This document shows, piece by piece, positions 14,371 through 29,777 of a stretch of 64,000 nucleotides of DNA. Under the pieces are notes generated by a model. The model searched no databases. It was not told the DNA's origin and saw only the letters and a list, made by a program, of their open reading frames with translations. Origin of the DNA: Cycas panzhihuaensis (taxonomy: Eukaryota; Plantae; Cycadophyta); contig CM041465.1 of assembly GCA_023213395.1 (NCBI GenBank), positions 96,045,741 to 96,109,740 of the forward strand, given 5' to 3'. The first letter of the stretch is position 1. Every line of letters starts with the position of its first letter. Made by a program: the position numbers and the translations under genes.

Positions 14371-15288
14371 TTGGGTGCATATTCAGCGCAATAAAGCTTT
14401 CTGAAGAAGGATATACAACAAATCTCATCTTTGAAAGCCTATCTTCTGTTGTAAATTAGCTACAACTCTGTTTCTAGGTTCTTTTTATTTATTTTCATAT
14501 TTAAACATACATATATTTCTTAGTTTTTTTATATATCTATTGTAACACATTTGAAATATTTCATATTCAAACATATATTTCTTGGTTCTTTCATATACTT
14601 ACTTCAGTATGGTTAAAAATTTTGATTTTTTTGGCTCTATTGCATGACTTTGATCTGCATAATAAACATACAATTTCTCATCTCTTAGATATATCTTTTC
14701 TTGTGCATTTGAAAGTTTTTTCAGATACAAATTTATAGATCTTTTATGATATGTTTTTTGTCAATATATTTAAAAAAAAGAGGGGGGGAAGAAGGATCTG
14801 GTTTATTTGAAGTATTCACGTTGAAAGGCCTATACTCATAAAAATATGGGTTGAAGTAAAGCTCTTTTACCATTACTCATTAGTATTTCCAACTTCTGAC
14901 TTGAGTTATATTCTCCAAACCTAGTAGATTCCTACCTTAACTTGCCATTCATTTGATTTGGTTCCATAACTACATTATTTGAAGAGTAATCTTTCTTAAC
15001 ATTTGCTAAAATGTTTTTTTCTTCACTTTATATTCAGTATCAATTGATATTTAAATCTCATGTTGTGTAGATCCATGCCCCTAATTAAGATCTACTAAGT
15101 AATTTGATAGCAAAACCTTACTCACAATAAGAACTTCATTTTTTTCCTTTGTCATATGTGTGACTTTAAGTATAGGCCCAATTGTTGAGCCATATCTTCA
15201 AAAAGATAAGCATCTAAAGGTGAGATTAAGAACAATAAAGAAACACCATAATAGAATAAAAACCCACATTTGGTGAAGGTTGAAGACA

Positions 15289-15977
<689 letters not shown>

Positions 15978-16360
15978 AGAAAATCCATAGGATTCCTCAA
16001 ATTCTCATTGCAATAGCAAAACTTTGCCTTTAATCCTTTCTGTTACAAAGACCAAAGAATTTTTAGGCCATTGCAAAAATACTGCATCTTGTATCCCTAT
16101 GCAAATAGTCAAAACCTTTAACCCAAACAATGGGAGTTGGTCCAAATGATAGGCTAAAACAGAACTTTTTGAGTAAATATTTCAATAAAATTTGAGTATC
16201 AGAAAGCAAAATAAAGGATCTCAATAGTGTGTGCAGTTGCCAAATAATAGAAAAGCAAAAAAAAGGGTATTGATAAGAATTTTTGTAGATACTGAAAACT
16301 AAAGAACGATGGGTCTTCAAGAAAAAAAATAAACTTGCATTTTAGTCTAGACACAACCGA

Positions 16361-16579
16361 ATCAGATCTGAGTTCATCTTCTGACATAAAACCATTATTA
16401 ACTTTAACATTTGATCCTAAATTACTACAAAATAAACCACCAACTGTGGCCAAAGAACCTTCGATGCTCAGAGGTGTACTTCCACTTCGGGAGAGAGGTT
16501 TTTGCTCTCGTAGCAAGATACCGAGCTCTTTCACAAATCCTTCATTGTATGATATCAAAAAGTGCCTTCGCTCACTTAG
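16361..16579 (-). pseudogene. APUM: Captured fragment of a plant Pumilio (APUM1-4 type) N-terminus
   Basis: KELGILLREQ..RSGSTPLSIEGSLATVGGLF..NGFMSEDELRSD matches the conserved APUM N-terminal motifs KE(I/L)GLLLREQ, RSGSAPPTVEGSL.AVGGLF and GF.SEEELRSD. No PUF repeats present. Confidence 0.85.
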
Positions 16580-17339
16580 CTCATGAGAGGTACAGAGATT
16601 GATACCCCGCATCTCCATTTGTGTTTTGCTACTGATGTTTATATGGTTATCATGCTGCCTGAGTAGCTAAATTTATAAGTGTAATATATACACTCATTCT
16701 TGGTGGCCTATGTAGTTTTGCGGGGAAGATATTCTCTTCACTAGACTATGTGCATAAATCCTAACACCCTAAGCTATTGTCTATAGGTGTAATAGTGGTT
16801 GGTACGACCTTTCCAGCTAAGGATTTAGATGCCGAACCGACAGAGGGAGGGGATGCAAAAGAATTATTACCACTCTCAGAGAGATTTACGTCGAGAGAGC
16901 TCGAAGATATGTGAAGATTCCTTGAATAATCAGAGAAACAGAAAATTCTCTCAGGTTTGAAACTGAAAATCACAATAACTTGAAAGCATTTCCTGCATTT
17001 CAGAAGCAAACTCTATTTACAAGATTTATGATAATAGCCAACTGTGATTCACTGCTATCAAATCATCAAATAAAGATCAAGACAACAGTCATCTACCTAA
17101 ACTTAGACATGAAAAAATAAGGAGGCCAAGACACGAAAAAATAAAGATCTAATTTGTGACATTTTCATACAAATTCCTTTAGCTGATACAGAAACAAACT
17201 CCTTCCAGAATCTGACTTGAACATTTGGTAAAGTGTAGAGAGGATCAGGAGGAGCACGGATGCAGCGTCAGTCCCTCTATGAATGTGGCAGTGTTTGCAT
17301 AGGCCGCATGATAATGGTGGCAACAACGACAACGTTCTA

Positions 17340-18480
17340 ATCTTTTGATATAATTTTTTTATTTATTTTTTATTTTCTTCTAAAGTTAAAAAATTTAATT
17401 AAATTTTATATATTTTTAATTCCAAGGTTTTAAAACCCTAGCTCTATTTAATCTCCATCCCCTAGTCATGTGATCATTTTCATGTAACCTCTAGTTTATT
17501 TAAAAGGGGCAAACAACTTTATAATATATTTTTTCTTTTATTTTGTTTAATTTTTCATTTTACATAGGGTAACTAGCATTTTTTTACCATAACTTCTCAC
17601 TGGGTCATCAGTTTCTAATGAAACTAGTTCCATTGCGTTAGGAATTTTCTGTAGATTGATTTTGTTTGGTCATATGACTAATTTGGAGCTGATTTAACCC
17701 ACTTTCAGTCAGTTTAAATTTAATCAATAATTTTTTGAGTCTTTTTTAAACTTTTTACAAAATCACCATTTTAATAGATTATATCTTATCATTGGGAGAT
17801 TGTTTTCAACCCAGATCTATTTTGTAGTCGACTACTATCAATAAACTTCATTACCATATATTTAATTTATTTTTTAAGATTTATTTTAATTATTATTTTA
17901 ATCACCAAAAGTGACACTTTAGTATTTTTTAGCACTTTTTAAACTTTTTACTATAAAAGTACTTGTCGCTAATTTTACTATAACTTTTCTGTTTTACATC
18001 TAAATTCAGTTCCATTAGTTTCTTCAAAAATATGACTTACTCCCCTTCAAACTGACATTATGTTTTATAAGTTTTGAATTGTTTTTGTTGGTTTTCAAAA
18101 GCATTAAAGTTGAGGTATTTAATAGCCTCTAATCTACCATTATTACATATTTTGTATATAGTATTTCTCAAAATTTTCAATTGAAAAAATATTAAGTAGC
18201 TCTATAAGATATATTTGATCATTTTACAGCATTTTATAACTTGTATTAGCATTTTTATACTATTTTGAGCTCCATGCTCCTATTATGCCTTAAAAAGAGG
18301 CATGTACCTTTAGTTCATTCAAATCTTGACTTATAGGAACCCATTTTCAAAACAGTCAGTTCCATTGAATAGACATTTCATTAATTTTCATACTAGTAAA
18401 GTTTCATATTATTCTAACATCATTTAATACAGCTTTGAAGCTGCTAAACTTGAGTATTTGAGATACCCCAACATTTAAAA
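17340..18480. other. Conserved non-coding internal module of the A/B family (candidate internal promoter)
   Basis: Colinear with ~35960-37050 (e.g. CATAGGGT..TTTT.CCATAACT.CTCA.TGG). Contains AAACCCTA and TTTAAAAGG motifs. Function is inferred only. Confidence 0.7.
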
Positions 18481-18698
18481 ATTAAAAGGTTTAAAAAAAA
18501 ATTATTTTTCATTATCAAAGTTTAATTTAGATTAGCATAATTAAAAGAATCTTAGTTATATTTGAATTTGCTTATATATTTACTTTATTTTAAATTTTAT
18601 TTGAAATTGTATCTTATATATTTATCATATTTGTTGATTTATTGCCTTCTTTAACTTAATAAAAGTATATCCTTTTATGTACTGAAGTTTTTTGAAAA

Positions 18699-19462
18699 AT
18701 GGTAATTAATCTTAATCAACTATAACTTCCTATTTTTTATGGCCATAAATTTTTACTATGGCATCAAACAATACAAGATTATTTTATTACACATGATCTT
18801 TGGAAATATTTGCTATATGAATGTGATCTTAGTATTAAAGAAAATTTTAGAAAGGATAATAAAGTCTTAGGGATATTATTTTGCACTATAAATGATGATG
18901 TTTTTTCTAAAGTTTTTGAATTAATAACTTCTAAATCCATATGGGATATTTTGATTTCTACTTATGAGGGAGATACCCTCAATGTATTTGATGTTGATTT
19001 TACTGAGCATGTGAGATAGGTGCCAGAACAGGTATATTATAATAACAAGACCAAAGAAGATTTAGATCAAATGTATGATCAACTTGTTACACAAGAATCT
19101 GATCCTCCATTTAAGGGGGAAAATGAATTTTATGATGTGATAGAGGAGAGTTATGATGATTTGACAATTGTTCACAATACAAAGTTTTCAAAATATAAAG
19201 TTTAAGTTCAAAGTTTCCTTAAAATTCCAGAAGTTAAAGTCAAAGTGGCAGTTATTCATCTTTGTACAAATCAAGCTTCATTTACTTATAGATTTTTTGT
19301 AGCTATATTCACTTACAATTTTTTTACACCACTTTATGATAGAATGATACATATTCCTAGAAGGTTGAAGCAAGTTCATAAAGATCAAGTTAAGAGATAG
19401 AATTTTAAAGTTTTTTGAAAGTACAAATTCCATAAGTTTAAAGAAAAGATATTGTTCGTGAT
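18699..19462 (+). pseudogene. Truncated Copia Gag N-terminus (DUF4219/UBN2-like) with acidic tail
   Basis: PIFYGHKFLLWHQTIQDYFITHDLWKYL..KDNKVLGILFCTINDDVFSKVFELITSKSIWDILISTYEG resembles Copia gag. Ends next to the PPT. Confidence 0.85.
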
Positions 19463-19891
19463 GACTATTAAGGGGGAGAATGTTGGGGTTAATAGTCATC
19501 ACCCCACTCCCACCTTCCAACTAGGAGTACACACCTCATCTTCATCAATTTACACATGTGGGTGCTCAATATGTATAGGTAAGTATAAGATAAATTTAAG
19601 TTAATTTGAGTTAATTTCATTTGAGTTAAGTTATGATTATTTTATTGTTATTTAAATTTTAGGGGTTGAGGAGTTTCCCTTCTCCCCCAAACTATATAAT
19701 TTGAGGGGTCTGTAACCTTGGTATCTTCATACACTGCCTTCATTATAGATATTTGTACTACTCTATTCATAAACATGGATTGAATATACAAGCTATTATG
19801 TTTATGCTACTATGCAATAATGATCTATTACTGTTTTGATTATCTCTTTATGTTCTACCCTGTTCTCCTACATTTTATTTCCTTCACTAAC

Positions 19892-21310
19892 ATGGATACA
19901 GGATTTAGCCATGGCTGACCAAACCCAAGCTAATTTTGTGCACTGGGCTAATAAGGTCCACACTCATAAAGATTGGTCCATCCATAATAATCTTCTCTTA
20001 TACCAAAATCACATATTTGTACACCCCCACTCAGCTTTTATCTTGTAAATTTTATCAAAATATGATTCTTCCCCTCTTGGTGGTCATTATGGTTTTGATA
20101 AAACTTATTATAGGATACATTCTTATTTCATTTATCCATAAATAAAATATACCATCCTTATCTTTATCTTGGAATGTGACATATGCCAATGTAACAAAGC
20201 TAATACAAAACCCCAATTAAGCCTCCTTCAACCGTTAATATCCCACAAGTTAAATGGTAAGATATGCCATGGACTTTATAATAGACCTACCACTATCTAC
20301 CAGATATGACTCCATTTTGGTAGTCATAGATAGGTTGATAATATATGCCCACTTCTTACTTGTCCACACAACCTATAAAGCTCCATATATCATTGACATT
20401 TACATCCAGATAATATTTCATTTGCACAATTTTCCATCCACCATTACATATAATTGTGACCCTAAATTCACTAGATCCTTCTGGCAAGAGCTATTTTATG
20501 CATTAAGAACATCATTCAACATGAGTTTGGCATACCATCCACAAACCGATGGCCAATCTGAGGTCCTTAACAAAACTCTAGAGACCTACTTGCATTGCTT
20601 TGCATCTGATCATTAGTCTAAATGGACATCATGGCTAACCTTAGCTGAATATTGGTATAACTCCTTCTCATATCATTCAGTTATTGGAATGTCCTTATTT
20701 TTGGCCCTCTATGGGTATCCCTTACCATCCCACCATACCTTGGCTACCAACCTCTACATGGTAGGAGTACAACAAAAACTACAACATATGGACCAAATTC
20801 TCCACACCCTTAAACAAAACCTATCCATGGCCCAAAATTGAATGAAATAATTAGTAGATTACCACCACTTTGATTACTCCTTCAATATTGGTGGTCTTGT
20901 ATTCCTTTATCTCCAACCTTATAAGCAACAATCCCTTCACTATCATAAGAACCAAAAACTTAGCCCTCGATATTATGGCCCTATAAAGTCCTTATATGTA
21001 TTGGTGAAGTTGTGTATACTCTCAACCTTCCCCCCACCATAAACATCTATAATGTTTTCCATGTCTCCTATCTTTAGAAGTGTCTAAGTAAAACCCATAT
21101 TCCCCAGACAACCCTTCCAATTTTAGATGAAGAGTAAATCTTGTTCGTACCTCCAGAATGTATACTAGCTACTAGATAATGCCATCTCTAGAATCGATAC
21201 ATTTCAAAATATTTGATACAGTGGATAGGCTGCAACTCCAACAAAGCAACTTGGGAGTCTAATGAGTTTATCAAAGAGCACTTACATCTCACATTTCTCA
21301 AGAACTTGGC
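19892..21310 (+). pseudogene. Gypsy integrase and chromodomain (G2, continued after element A)
   Basis: AMDFIIDLP, VVIDRL..YAHF, AYHPQTDGQSEVLNKTLETYL, PRYYGPYK, KYLIQW.G....ATWES. Confidence 0.95.
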
Positions 21311-22949
21311 ATCTTAGGGGAGGGGACCTATTACATAACTTATCCAGCTAAGTTATGTAAACCACTAGTATACGGAGAGCTATCAGCAAGTTATAAGATA
21401 AGCTTAATTATGGAGCGTCATGCATGTGTCATAAAGTTGGTCAATGGTATGCATGGCCACTACCATCTAATAGAATGTAAGGCCGCTTAGGCCGCTAATA
21501 GGATTACATATATAAGACTCTCTTTTGTCTATATAAGGGTTATAAATTATAAATGATGGTTATTTGGATAGAACTTTTTATAAAGATTATGCTGTAGTGC
21601 TTTCTATTTTCGATGATCATTTAACACTAGTGTTCTTGTAAAACTCTTGGTTAATTTGTTTTCACTATTGGATAAAATGACACAGTTGTGGCTATCATTT
21701 CTCTGCTATCTCAAGAATGCCAGTGAGAAGAAACATCTCAATATATGTAAAAGTATTGATGAAGGTAACACTCAAGTTATTTAGTCATACATAAGAGGTA
21801 AGATGAATGAGGCTACTCTTATATAACCCATAAATTGTATTATTAGTCATATATGCAAGAGATGTGATATTCATGTTACTCTAGTTTATAAATGAACCAC
21901 ATACAAAGAATACTTTCTAGAGAACTAGCAATTATAGCAGTTAGTTATCCATGTATTTTAGTAAATAGTTATTATTTTATATGGATATTAGTAATTAATT
22001 TTATTTCTGAGATTGCTGATATGATAGATTGATAGTGTTGATAATTGATCACAACTTTATATATAAAGATTCATAAAGTTATTAAAGAAAATACTTCATA
22101 TAAACATGATAAGTAAAAGTCATATATATTAGTTAATATTTGATGGATGATTGATAATTAGTATGTAGGTATTTTATAGGTAGGTTATTCATAGTTAGTC
22201 ACTAATAATCATGGATGATTCTAGGTTTTACAAGTTAATTACTTACAGGAAATAAGTGTGATATTAATAAGTTCATAGGTTACAACTGATATAACTTTAT
22301 TTAGTTTGATATAACTTATTTCAAATTTGATACAAGTTTCTAGATTCTAGTATATAGGGAAAGTAGGAGACATGAAGACTAAGGTTGAAGAATTATAAAG
22401 TGAACATATTAAACATTAAGGAGGAGTATTAGAATATATAATATTAATACATATATATCGTTTAATATATTATAGTAAATCTATATAATTCTATTCACCA
22501 AAATCATTAATAGATATGATATACATGATTATTCATGTAAATATCCTATTGGATGATTAAATAGCTTAAGAGATATTATAGGCTATTTATGAGGTGATAT
22601 TTATATAAATATATATACATACCACTTGAGAACTTAAGAGAGTAAGGACTCATTTAGAGATATAATTATTCGATATCATTAAGAGGAGCTTCCAACTCTA
22701 ACCTTCTCCTATGATTTTTCTCACATTAGATTTTTCACATATAAATTTGTTGTCTATCTTGTGGTACATGCTTGATATATTTATACTTTATGATTTGTGT
22801 TATTAATTTATATGTTGATCTTATATTATATGATTTACATATATTTCTTATGATATGATTGATTGATTATACTTATTGATATACTTTTACTATACTTAAT
22901 CAGTACATTCTAATATGGTATTAGAGTTACATTATAAATTTTAATAATA

Positions 22950-23240
22950 CGTATCATTATAAAAAATATAATGACATTAGATATACTATTATAAAATACA
23001 ATGGTGTGACACCCTTTTAGAATGATATCTCTCCTTTATTTTATAATGATGCATTATGTAGAATAATAATGCATCATATACCATTTTATATTTTATAATA
23101 ATGCAATGGTATCATTCTAAAAATAACAATATAAGAAGATACATTGTTATAAAAAAATAAAATAGTCTGTAGTACACCATTTTAAAATTTAGAGCAACGC
23201 ATCATACACGATTTAAAAATTACAAGCATGTTTTTTTTTC
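22950..23240. repeat. AT-rich degenerate repeat region (ATAATGATGCA / ATTATAAAA motifs)
   Basis: Recurring short motifs in both orientations. Origin unclear. Confidence 0.35.
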
Positions 23241-24709
23241 GATATGGTAAAATAATAAAGGGGTTTAAAAAGGTCCCCAATCCTAATACAAATATGCCTT
23301 TCAGCACTTAAAATTACCATGACAAGCCCATTACCTAGCTATCCTCTACCTTCCATCCCTTGACTAACCCAACCTTGCCATGATAAACCCAGTGGCTAGC
23401 TTTTATCTCCTACCTAAAGAAGGTCTTGTATATCTTTTTTAACTAAACCCAATATCTCCTTCGAGACATCCTCACCTCATTCCTTTGACCTCTTGTTAGA
23501 GATCCCTCAATTAGCCAACTTATCAATTATCATATTTCCTTCTCTGTCTATGTGGTAGATCTGGTGGCTTTCTCTGGCCTCAAGGATATCTTGAGAATCT
23601 CTTACCATAATATCTATGTTCTAGTTAGTCTCTATTTTCCCTATGATCATCTTTATCATATTTAAGGCATCTACTTTGATAATCACCTTTTTGTAGTCTT
23701 TCTCAGTGGTTAAATCTACCACCCTCTACATAGTCTTAAGTTTTGCCCTATGAATAGTCAGCTACCTATAGTATTCAAAAAAAGCCCATAAGACCTGGCA
23801 TTCTAAGTTTCTACATATCCTTCCCCCTTTAGCGTCTCTTGGGTTTCTTTTTGACACTCCATCAAAATTTATTTTAACCCAGCTTTCCTTTTTAGGATGC
23901 CAGCTACAATATCTCCTCCTCTTCGCAAGGAGTTTGGGTCTATCTAATCCCCATCTCTCCATAATGTTGCCCTCAAGTTCTGAGAAACTCTTTTCTTTAT
24001 TAATTTTAACTGATTCCATAATTATAGCATAAATAATTCCATGGAGTCTAACCTCGTCTATCTCATTCTCCTGAAATATTCTCCTATTTCTTTCCTTCTA
24101 AAGATTCCCCAGCAACATCATCATAATGCTTTTCCAAACATAACCCAAAGTCCTACTTTTAAACGAACACCCCCACATCATCACTTAATCTTTAAGGGTC
24201 ATATGGGGCATCCATTCCATCTTAAATTGATTCCAAATAAGCTTCCAAACTTTTCTAAAGATGTACAGTATAGGCTAATATGATCAAGTGACTCCTTGTC
24301 CTTTTTGCATAACACACACTTGTTTAGTATGGAAAAACCCCTCTTTCAAAAGTTATCTACTATAAGGATCTTATTCCTCAAATATAGCCATTAAAAAAAT
24401 GTAACTTTAGGGATTAGACCCATCTTCCATACTCCCTCTAACATGGAATTCTTAATTACCCCTTATCCTTGTAAATATCCTTGTATCCCTATTTCACCAA
24501 GTATTCCCTAGAAGGAGAGGGAGCCCATACCAAGGAATCTACCTTAGCCCTATTAGGGATATAACATAGATTTGTCTCTTCTTTAAGAGCAATAATACCT
24601 TCCTTTATGACTTGGTCCCCTTGCAAATCCTCAAAGGTTTTACAACTTCTAGTTCAACCCTGCCTCTCCTAATAATTCTTTGCCTTCTGGTGGTGTAAGG
24701 TTTGTCCCT

Positions 24710-27180
24710 ACTAAGATGATAGTGTTCTAGGGAGGTCTCATATTGGATCCTCAATAAGGCTACCAGAAAGATGGTCTGGGGCTTGGGGAAGATCTAATAT
24801 GAAGCTTAAAAGAGACCTAAAGGACCATCTTTGCCTAACTCCTAAGAAGAAGTCTTCACCTAGTAGTGTTGTCTACCTTAGTGAGAGTGGGTATGACGAA
24901 ATGTGTGGATGTGAAATGGGATGATAGAATCTACCAACATACATAACTTGATGAAGGAGTTCTAAGTTCAAAGATGCACTTATAATATCCTCAATATCCT
25001 TCCTAGGGACTCTTCTCTTGTAATCAGTTTAACTTTTCAAGTTTTACTAAGATGTAGGAGAGGCTAAGCTGATGGAAATAATAGTTTATCTTATTTGGGT
25101 TTCTAGGTTTTGATATTGTTACAAGGGTGCAAAGCCAAGAGAACAAAATAATACAATCAAAGAAACCACGAGACCAAACTCACATCAATCCTTTTGTTTT
25201 TCTTTTTTCTTTTCTTTTTTATAATGAAATCTTAAATAAACACACTAGAAACTATGCATGCAAGTCCTTTTTCATGCATGCAAGTACTCTTTTTTTTTTT
25301 TAACAAATACACTAGAAAATGTGCATGCAAGTCTTTTTTTTTAACATGCATGCCCCTTTTTGTTGCATGTAAGTCTTTTTTTGTTATATGTAAGTCCTTT
25401 TTTATTGTATGCAAGTCCTTTTTTATTGCATACAAGATAAAGGATACACATGCAACTATGAAGTGGCCTTCCTACATGTAACATGCATGATTCATTTTAA
25501 GAGAGATAATGCCATGCAAATAAAATCTGAAAATATTCACATAATCTTTATGTAAATTTCTTTTCAAAAGAGATTAATCTACATACAAGACTAGCTAATA
25601 TGCTCTAACCTTGATACATGCAACTAATTCTTTTAAAAAGTAATGAAATAATGCATAAAAAGAGAGAATCTTAAAGGAAACTACTATTGTTTTATGATGA
25701 TTTTTAGACCTATGAGATGATCAATAAGTCATAAATCTAAACAATAATCATGCATGCAATATCAACCAAAGGTTCTATCATGGTTGGAGTAGTAAGAGCT
25801 CCAAAAGGAATCCTTAAACCTAATATAAAAGTTAAAAAACAGAGATATTCCAACCAAACAACACTAACAACTTTTGATTATCAAGATGCAAGTTCTAACT
25901 TTAAAATAAAAGTGCATGTAATGATAGATTGAAGACCAATATTCCTTTCCTATTATAAAGAGTGCCTCAAAATGGAAGTTTTATTTTGACTTGACTAACT
26001 TTTCCACGCACTTTCCTTCAAAACAAGAGTAAATAAGGAAGCAACAACAATCCAAAGAGGCCAAACAAGAGCGGCAATCCAATTGAAATATAGGCTGCTG
26101 TGAGAGAGTGGAAAGAAGCAACTAGATATATGGTGGAGAGATGACCATGCCTCACCCTAGTCTATTCCTAAGAAACCCCATAAATTGTGGAGATTTTAGT
26201 ATATATTTCAATTCCAAAAGTCCAAACAACAATCAACCAATGAAAAGAAATAATTCTAAGTTAAAATTACCTTTAAGATAACATGAAACAAGCTTGAAAG
26301 CCAATAGGAAAGATCTTACTAATTCCAAATTTGAAGCAAAAGTTGATAAAGATCTAAAGAGATGAAAGCTTAGACCACCAACAATTGAGTAGTAGTAGCA
26401 TAGCAATAAAACTTCTTAGAGATTTCACCCAATAACTTTAGATAATCAAGTCTCCAAGAAGCACAGTAGTAGTCCTCAAGAATTCTCTAATAAGTTCATA
26501 AAATCTCTCAATCAAAGAGCAAGAATCACTTCTTCCTCTATAATTCTCAACTCTCTTCACTCTTATGTATCTCTCCCTCCCTCCATCCATCTCCATAAAA
26601 AAAAGAAATTATGATTAGCAATCCCTTTATAATACTTCTGGGCATTGAGAGAATCAAATCCCACCAAATCTAGACTGCATGCATGTAAAATTTGCAAGCA
26701 TGTAAAGTTTTATATGCATGAAGTCAAAAGCATGGAGATTAGTTATGAGGAAAAAACAACTCATTAAAAAGGTCAAAAAATAATTTTTATTGATAAATTA
26801 AGGCATAAATAAATTTATTAATGAGAAGGAGGCCCCAGAACATGATGAAAATGATAAACATAAGCCTAAAAATGATTAAAAAATTGGGTGAAATCAAGGA
26901 TAAAAAAATTAAAAATAACTTTGAAAGAAGCATGGGGTTAACTCAGTCATAAAGAAAACTTTGTTGCCATAGTTTATATCATCAGCGGAATGATAGTAAT
27001 ATCCATTACATCATCATTCATTACATTTTATCAATCAATAATCACATATCATTTCAATAAAACAAGGCTCAATCTATCAAGTAGAATCAACATACATCAA
27101 TCACTACTAATAAAACCATATAACATGTATCAATTTACCAACATAATCCAAATACAACTAAGGAGGCTAAGTTTTGGTGA
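24710..27180. mobile_element. Non-coding insertion in the LINE (probable long LTR or LTR fragment)
   Basis: Interrupts LINE colinearity. TGATG..CATCA termini at 25070/26984 but no matching TSD. Boundaries approximate. Confidence 0.45.
25254..25436. repeat. ~21-bp tandem repeat TTTTTATTGCATGCAAGTCCT
   Basis: Several degenerate GCATGCAAGTC units. Confidence 0.8.
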
Positions 27181-29772
27181 AACACCTTCTTCCCATATAA
27201 TCTTTCACATATATCCTGTAAGTAGCCAATATTAGGCCTACTTTTCAACTAAGAGTTACTGCACCATACATCCTCCTAGAAGTTTATGCTTTCCTCATCC
27301 CCCAACTTCCACCTTATTTTAGAAGCCAGTATCAGTCTCGCTTGTATCATACTTCTCCATATGGATGACTTGATTATAATTTCAATTTTCTCCTTCAAAA
27401 AGCACTTTCCTCCAAGATATTTATGGGAGAGGTTTCTTTCCCATTGCCCCCCTTCTCACTTTACCAGTCTCCACCCTAGTTTAGCCACTAGGGCCTTATT
27501 AAAAGAGGTTAAGCTTCGAATGTTAAGCCTGCCACCCCATCTAGGGTTGTAGACTTTCTCCCATCCAACCAAATGAATTCTATCTTTCTCTTCAACACCT
27601 AGCCAAAGAAATATTTTTTGGATGCCATCATGTATATTAGGATGCAATTGAACTTTACCACCTTGGCTTAACAATTGAACTTTACCACCTTGGCTTTACA
27701 TAGCCCCCTTCCATCCTGCCAACTTCCTTTATATTTGATCAATAATGGGATTCCATAACTCCTTACACATCTTTCTAATAAACAAGGGCATCCCTAGATA
27801 AGTGGATGGGAAGGGATGGTTGGGCATTTCCAATATCCTACTAATATTTCTTTGTAAACTTTCCTTGGTGTTAACAAAAAGGACATTACTTTTCTCTAGA
27901 TTTATCTTCTGATTTGTGGCTATCTCAAATCACTGAAGGCCCACTTTAATAGCTTGTGCTTTTCCCACAATAGCTTTTCCTAATAAAATAGTATCATCAA
28001 CAAATTGATGAATGTGAGATTTATCATAGTAATCACCCCCTTCCTCTTGGCTTCCTCCATGGCCCTTCCCAATATTTCAGCCATGATAATAAATAGATAG
28101 GGGGATAAGGGATCCTCTTGTCTTAACCCTCTAAAACTTATAAAAAATATTTGTTGAGGAGCCATTAATTAGAATTGAATATTAAGGATTTAAAATGTAG
28201 CATGCCACCCACTCCCTTTATATGTCTCTAAAACTAAACACCTAGAGACATTCTAATAAACAGTCCCATGACACTCTATCATAACCTTTAGAGAGATTGA
28301 TTTTCACAATCATACCTATCTCTTCTCTGTGGAAGGTAGAGTGAATAGTCTTATGAATAACTATTATGCCATCCAGAATTTGATTCCCTTTCATAAATCT
28401 GTCTTAGTTTAGAGAAATAATCCATAAAAGAACCTTCTTAAGTTTATTAGCCAAAATTTTTACTAGAATTTTGTACTTTATATTGCAGAGGCTAATCAAC
28501 CTAAACTACTCCATCAATTTCACTCCCTCTTTCTTTGGAATTAGAATGACAAATATGGCTTAACATTCCCTTAGAATTTCTCTTTTCTCATGAAATTCAT
28601 CTAGATCCTTCTACAAATCTTCTTTAATTATGTCCCAGTACTCTTAAAAGAAGCCCAAGGAGAATCCATTAGGACTAGGGGCTTTGTCTCTTTTCATCCC
28701 AAAGATGGCCTTTTCCACCTCCTCCATGGAGAATGGCTCCTTGAAAAGTCTATTCTACTTGTCATCAATCAACTTTGGGATACATCTTATGAACTCCCCT
28801 CTAATCTGTACGTCTTAGCATCCAGGTTCTTCAAATAGCTCCTTGAAAGACCATGTTGCTATTTTCTTAATTTCTTCCTCCTCCTTGATTTCAACTCCTT
28901 CTTTATTATTTAGCTTGTTAATCTAGTTACTAGTCTTATGCTTTAGGGTAGTCAAGTAGAAGAATTTCATATTCCTATCTCCTTCAGCCAACCAGAGAGC
29001 CCTAGACTTTTGTCTCTAATGAATTTCTTCCTTTATCAGGATATCTTCCAAGCTTCTAAGGAGAGTTCTCTATGATTGGTCTAGCATCTAGGATACGCCT
29101 TCCTCTTAGACCTCATCCTTGACCACTTTTAGCTCTTCAATTATCTACCCCTTAGCTTCAAAGATGTTTCTTTAAACCTCTTTATTCCATATTTTTACTT
29201 GCCTCTTCACCTAATTTAATTTCCTTGAAAATGTAAACATAGCATGCCCATCTATTGGTTTCCACCACCATTCCTCGATCTAGTTCCTAAGCACTGGGTG
29301 CTTAATCCATATAAGTTCAAAGTGGAAGGGAGTCCCTAAATGTTTCTCAGAGGTATTAAAAAAGAAAAAAAAAAGAGAGAAGAGTGATCAGATGCCACTT
29401 TAGGAAGAGTGTCTAGCCTAATCTCATTATAAAGATAGGCCCATTCATAATTAATCATAACTCTATCTAGCTTTACTTAAATATGTTGGTTCCCCAATCT
29501 TCTATTAGACTAGGTGTACTTTACCCCTCTTAACTGGACATCCATCAATCCCCCTTTTTTAGAGGAAATCCCCTAAGTTGGTCATACTCTTTGTCCATCC
29601 TTCTTGACCCTCTTTTCTCTCTCCCAGTGATAATGTTGTGATGAGGTCTCCAACCACTAGCCAAGGACCTTTCCATTCTTTGTAAACCTCTAAAATTTTG
29701 TCCTAGAGGTTCTTCCTACCTTCCATGGTCATAGGAGCATATATAATAGTAGCTAACCAATGGATATTTATC

Positions 29773-29777
29773 CTCTC

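Larger units (their letters stand above)
23240..29770 (-). mobile_element. Decayed L1-type LINE ORF2 (endonuclease, RT, zf-RVT, RNase H), interrupted at ~24710-27180
   Basis: [16 protein letters not shown] (RT), DKAPSPNGFS, HLVGWEKV..P..GG.LNIR.L..FNKAL.AKLGWR, WVKINFDG.SK.NP (RVT_3-type RNase H). The 5' part stops at a microsatellite. Confidence 0.9.

Noticed and set aside
16199-16618. Functional Pumilio gene
   Set aside because: Only ~70 aa of the N-terminus, no PUF repeats, and located inside an LTR element.
25232-25481. KKDLH-repeat protein
   Set aside because: Translation of a 21-bp tandem repeat inside a non-coding insertion.
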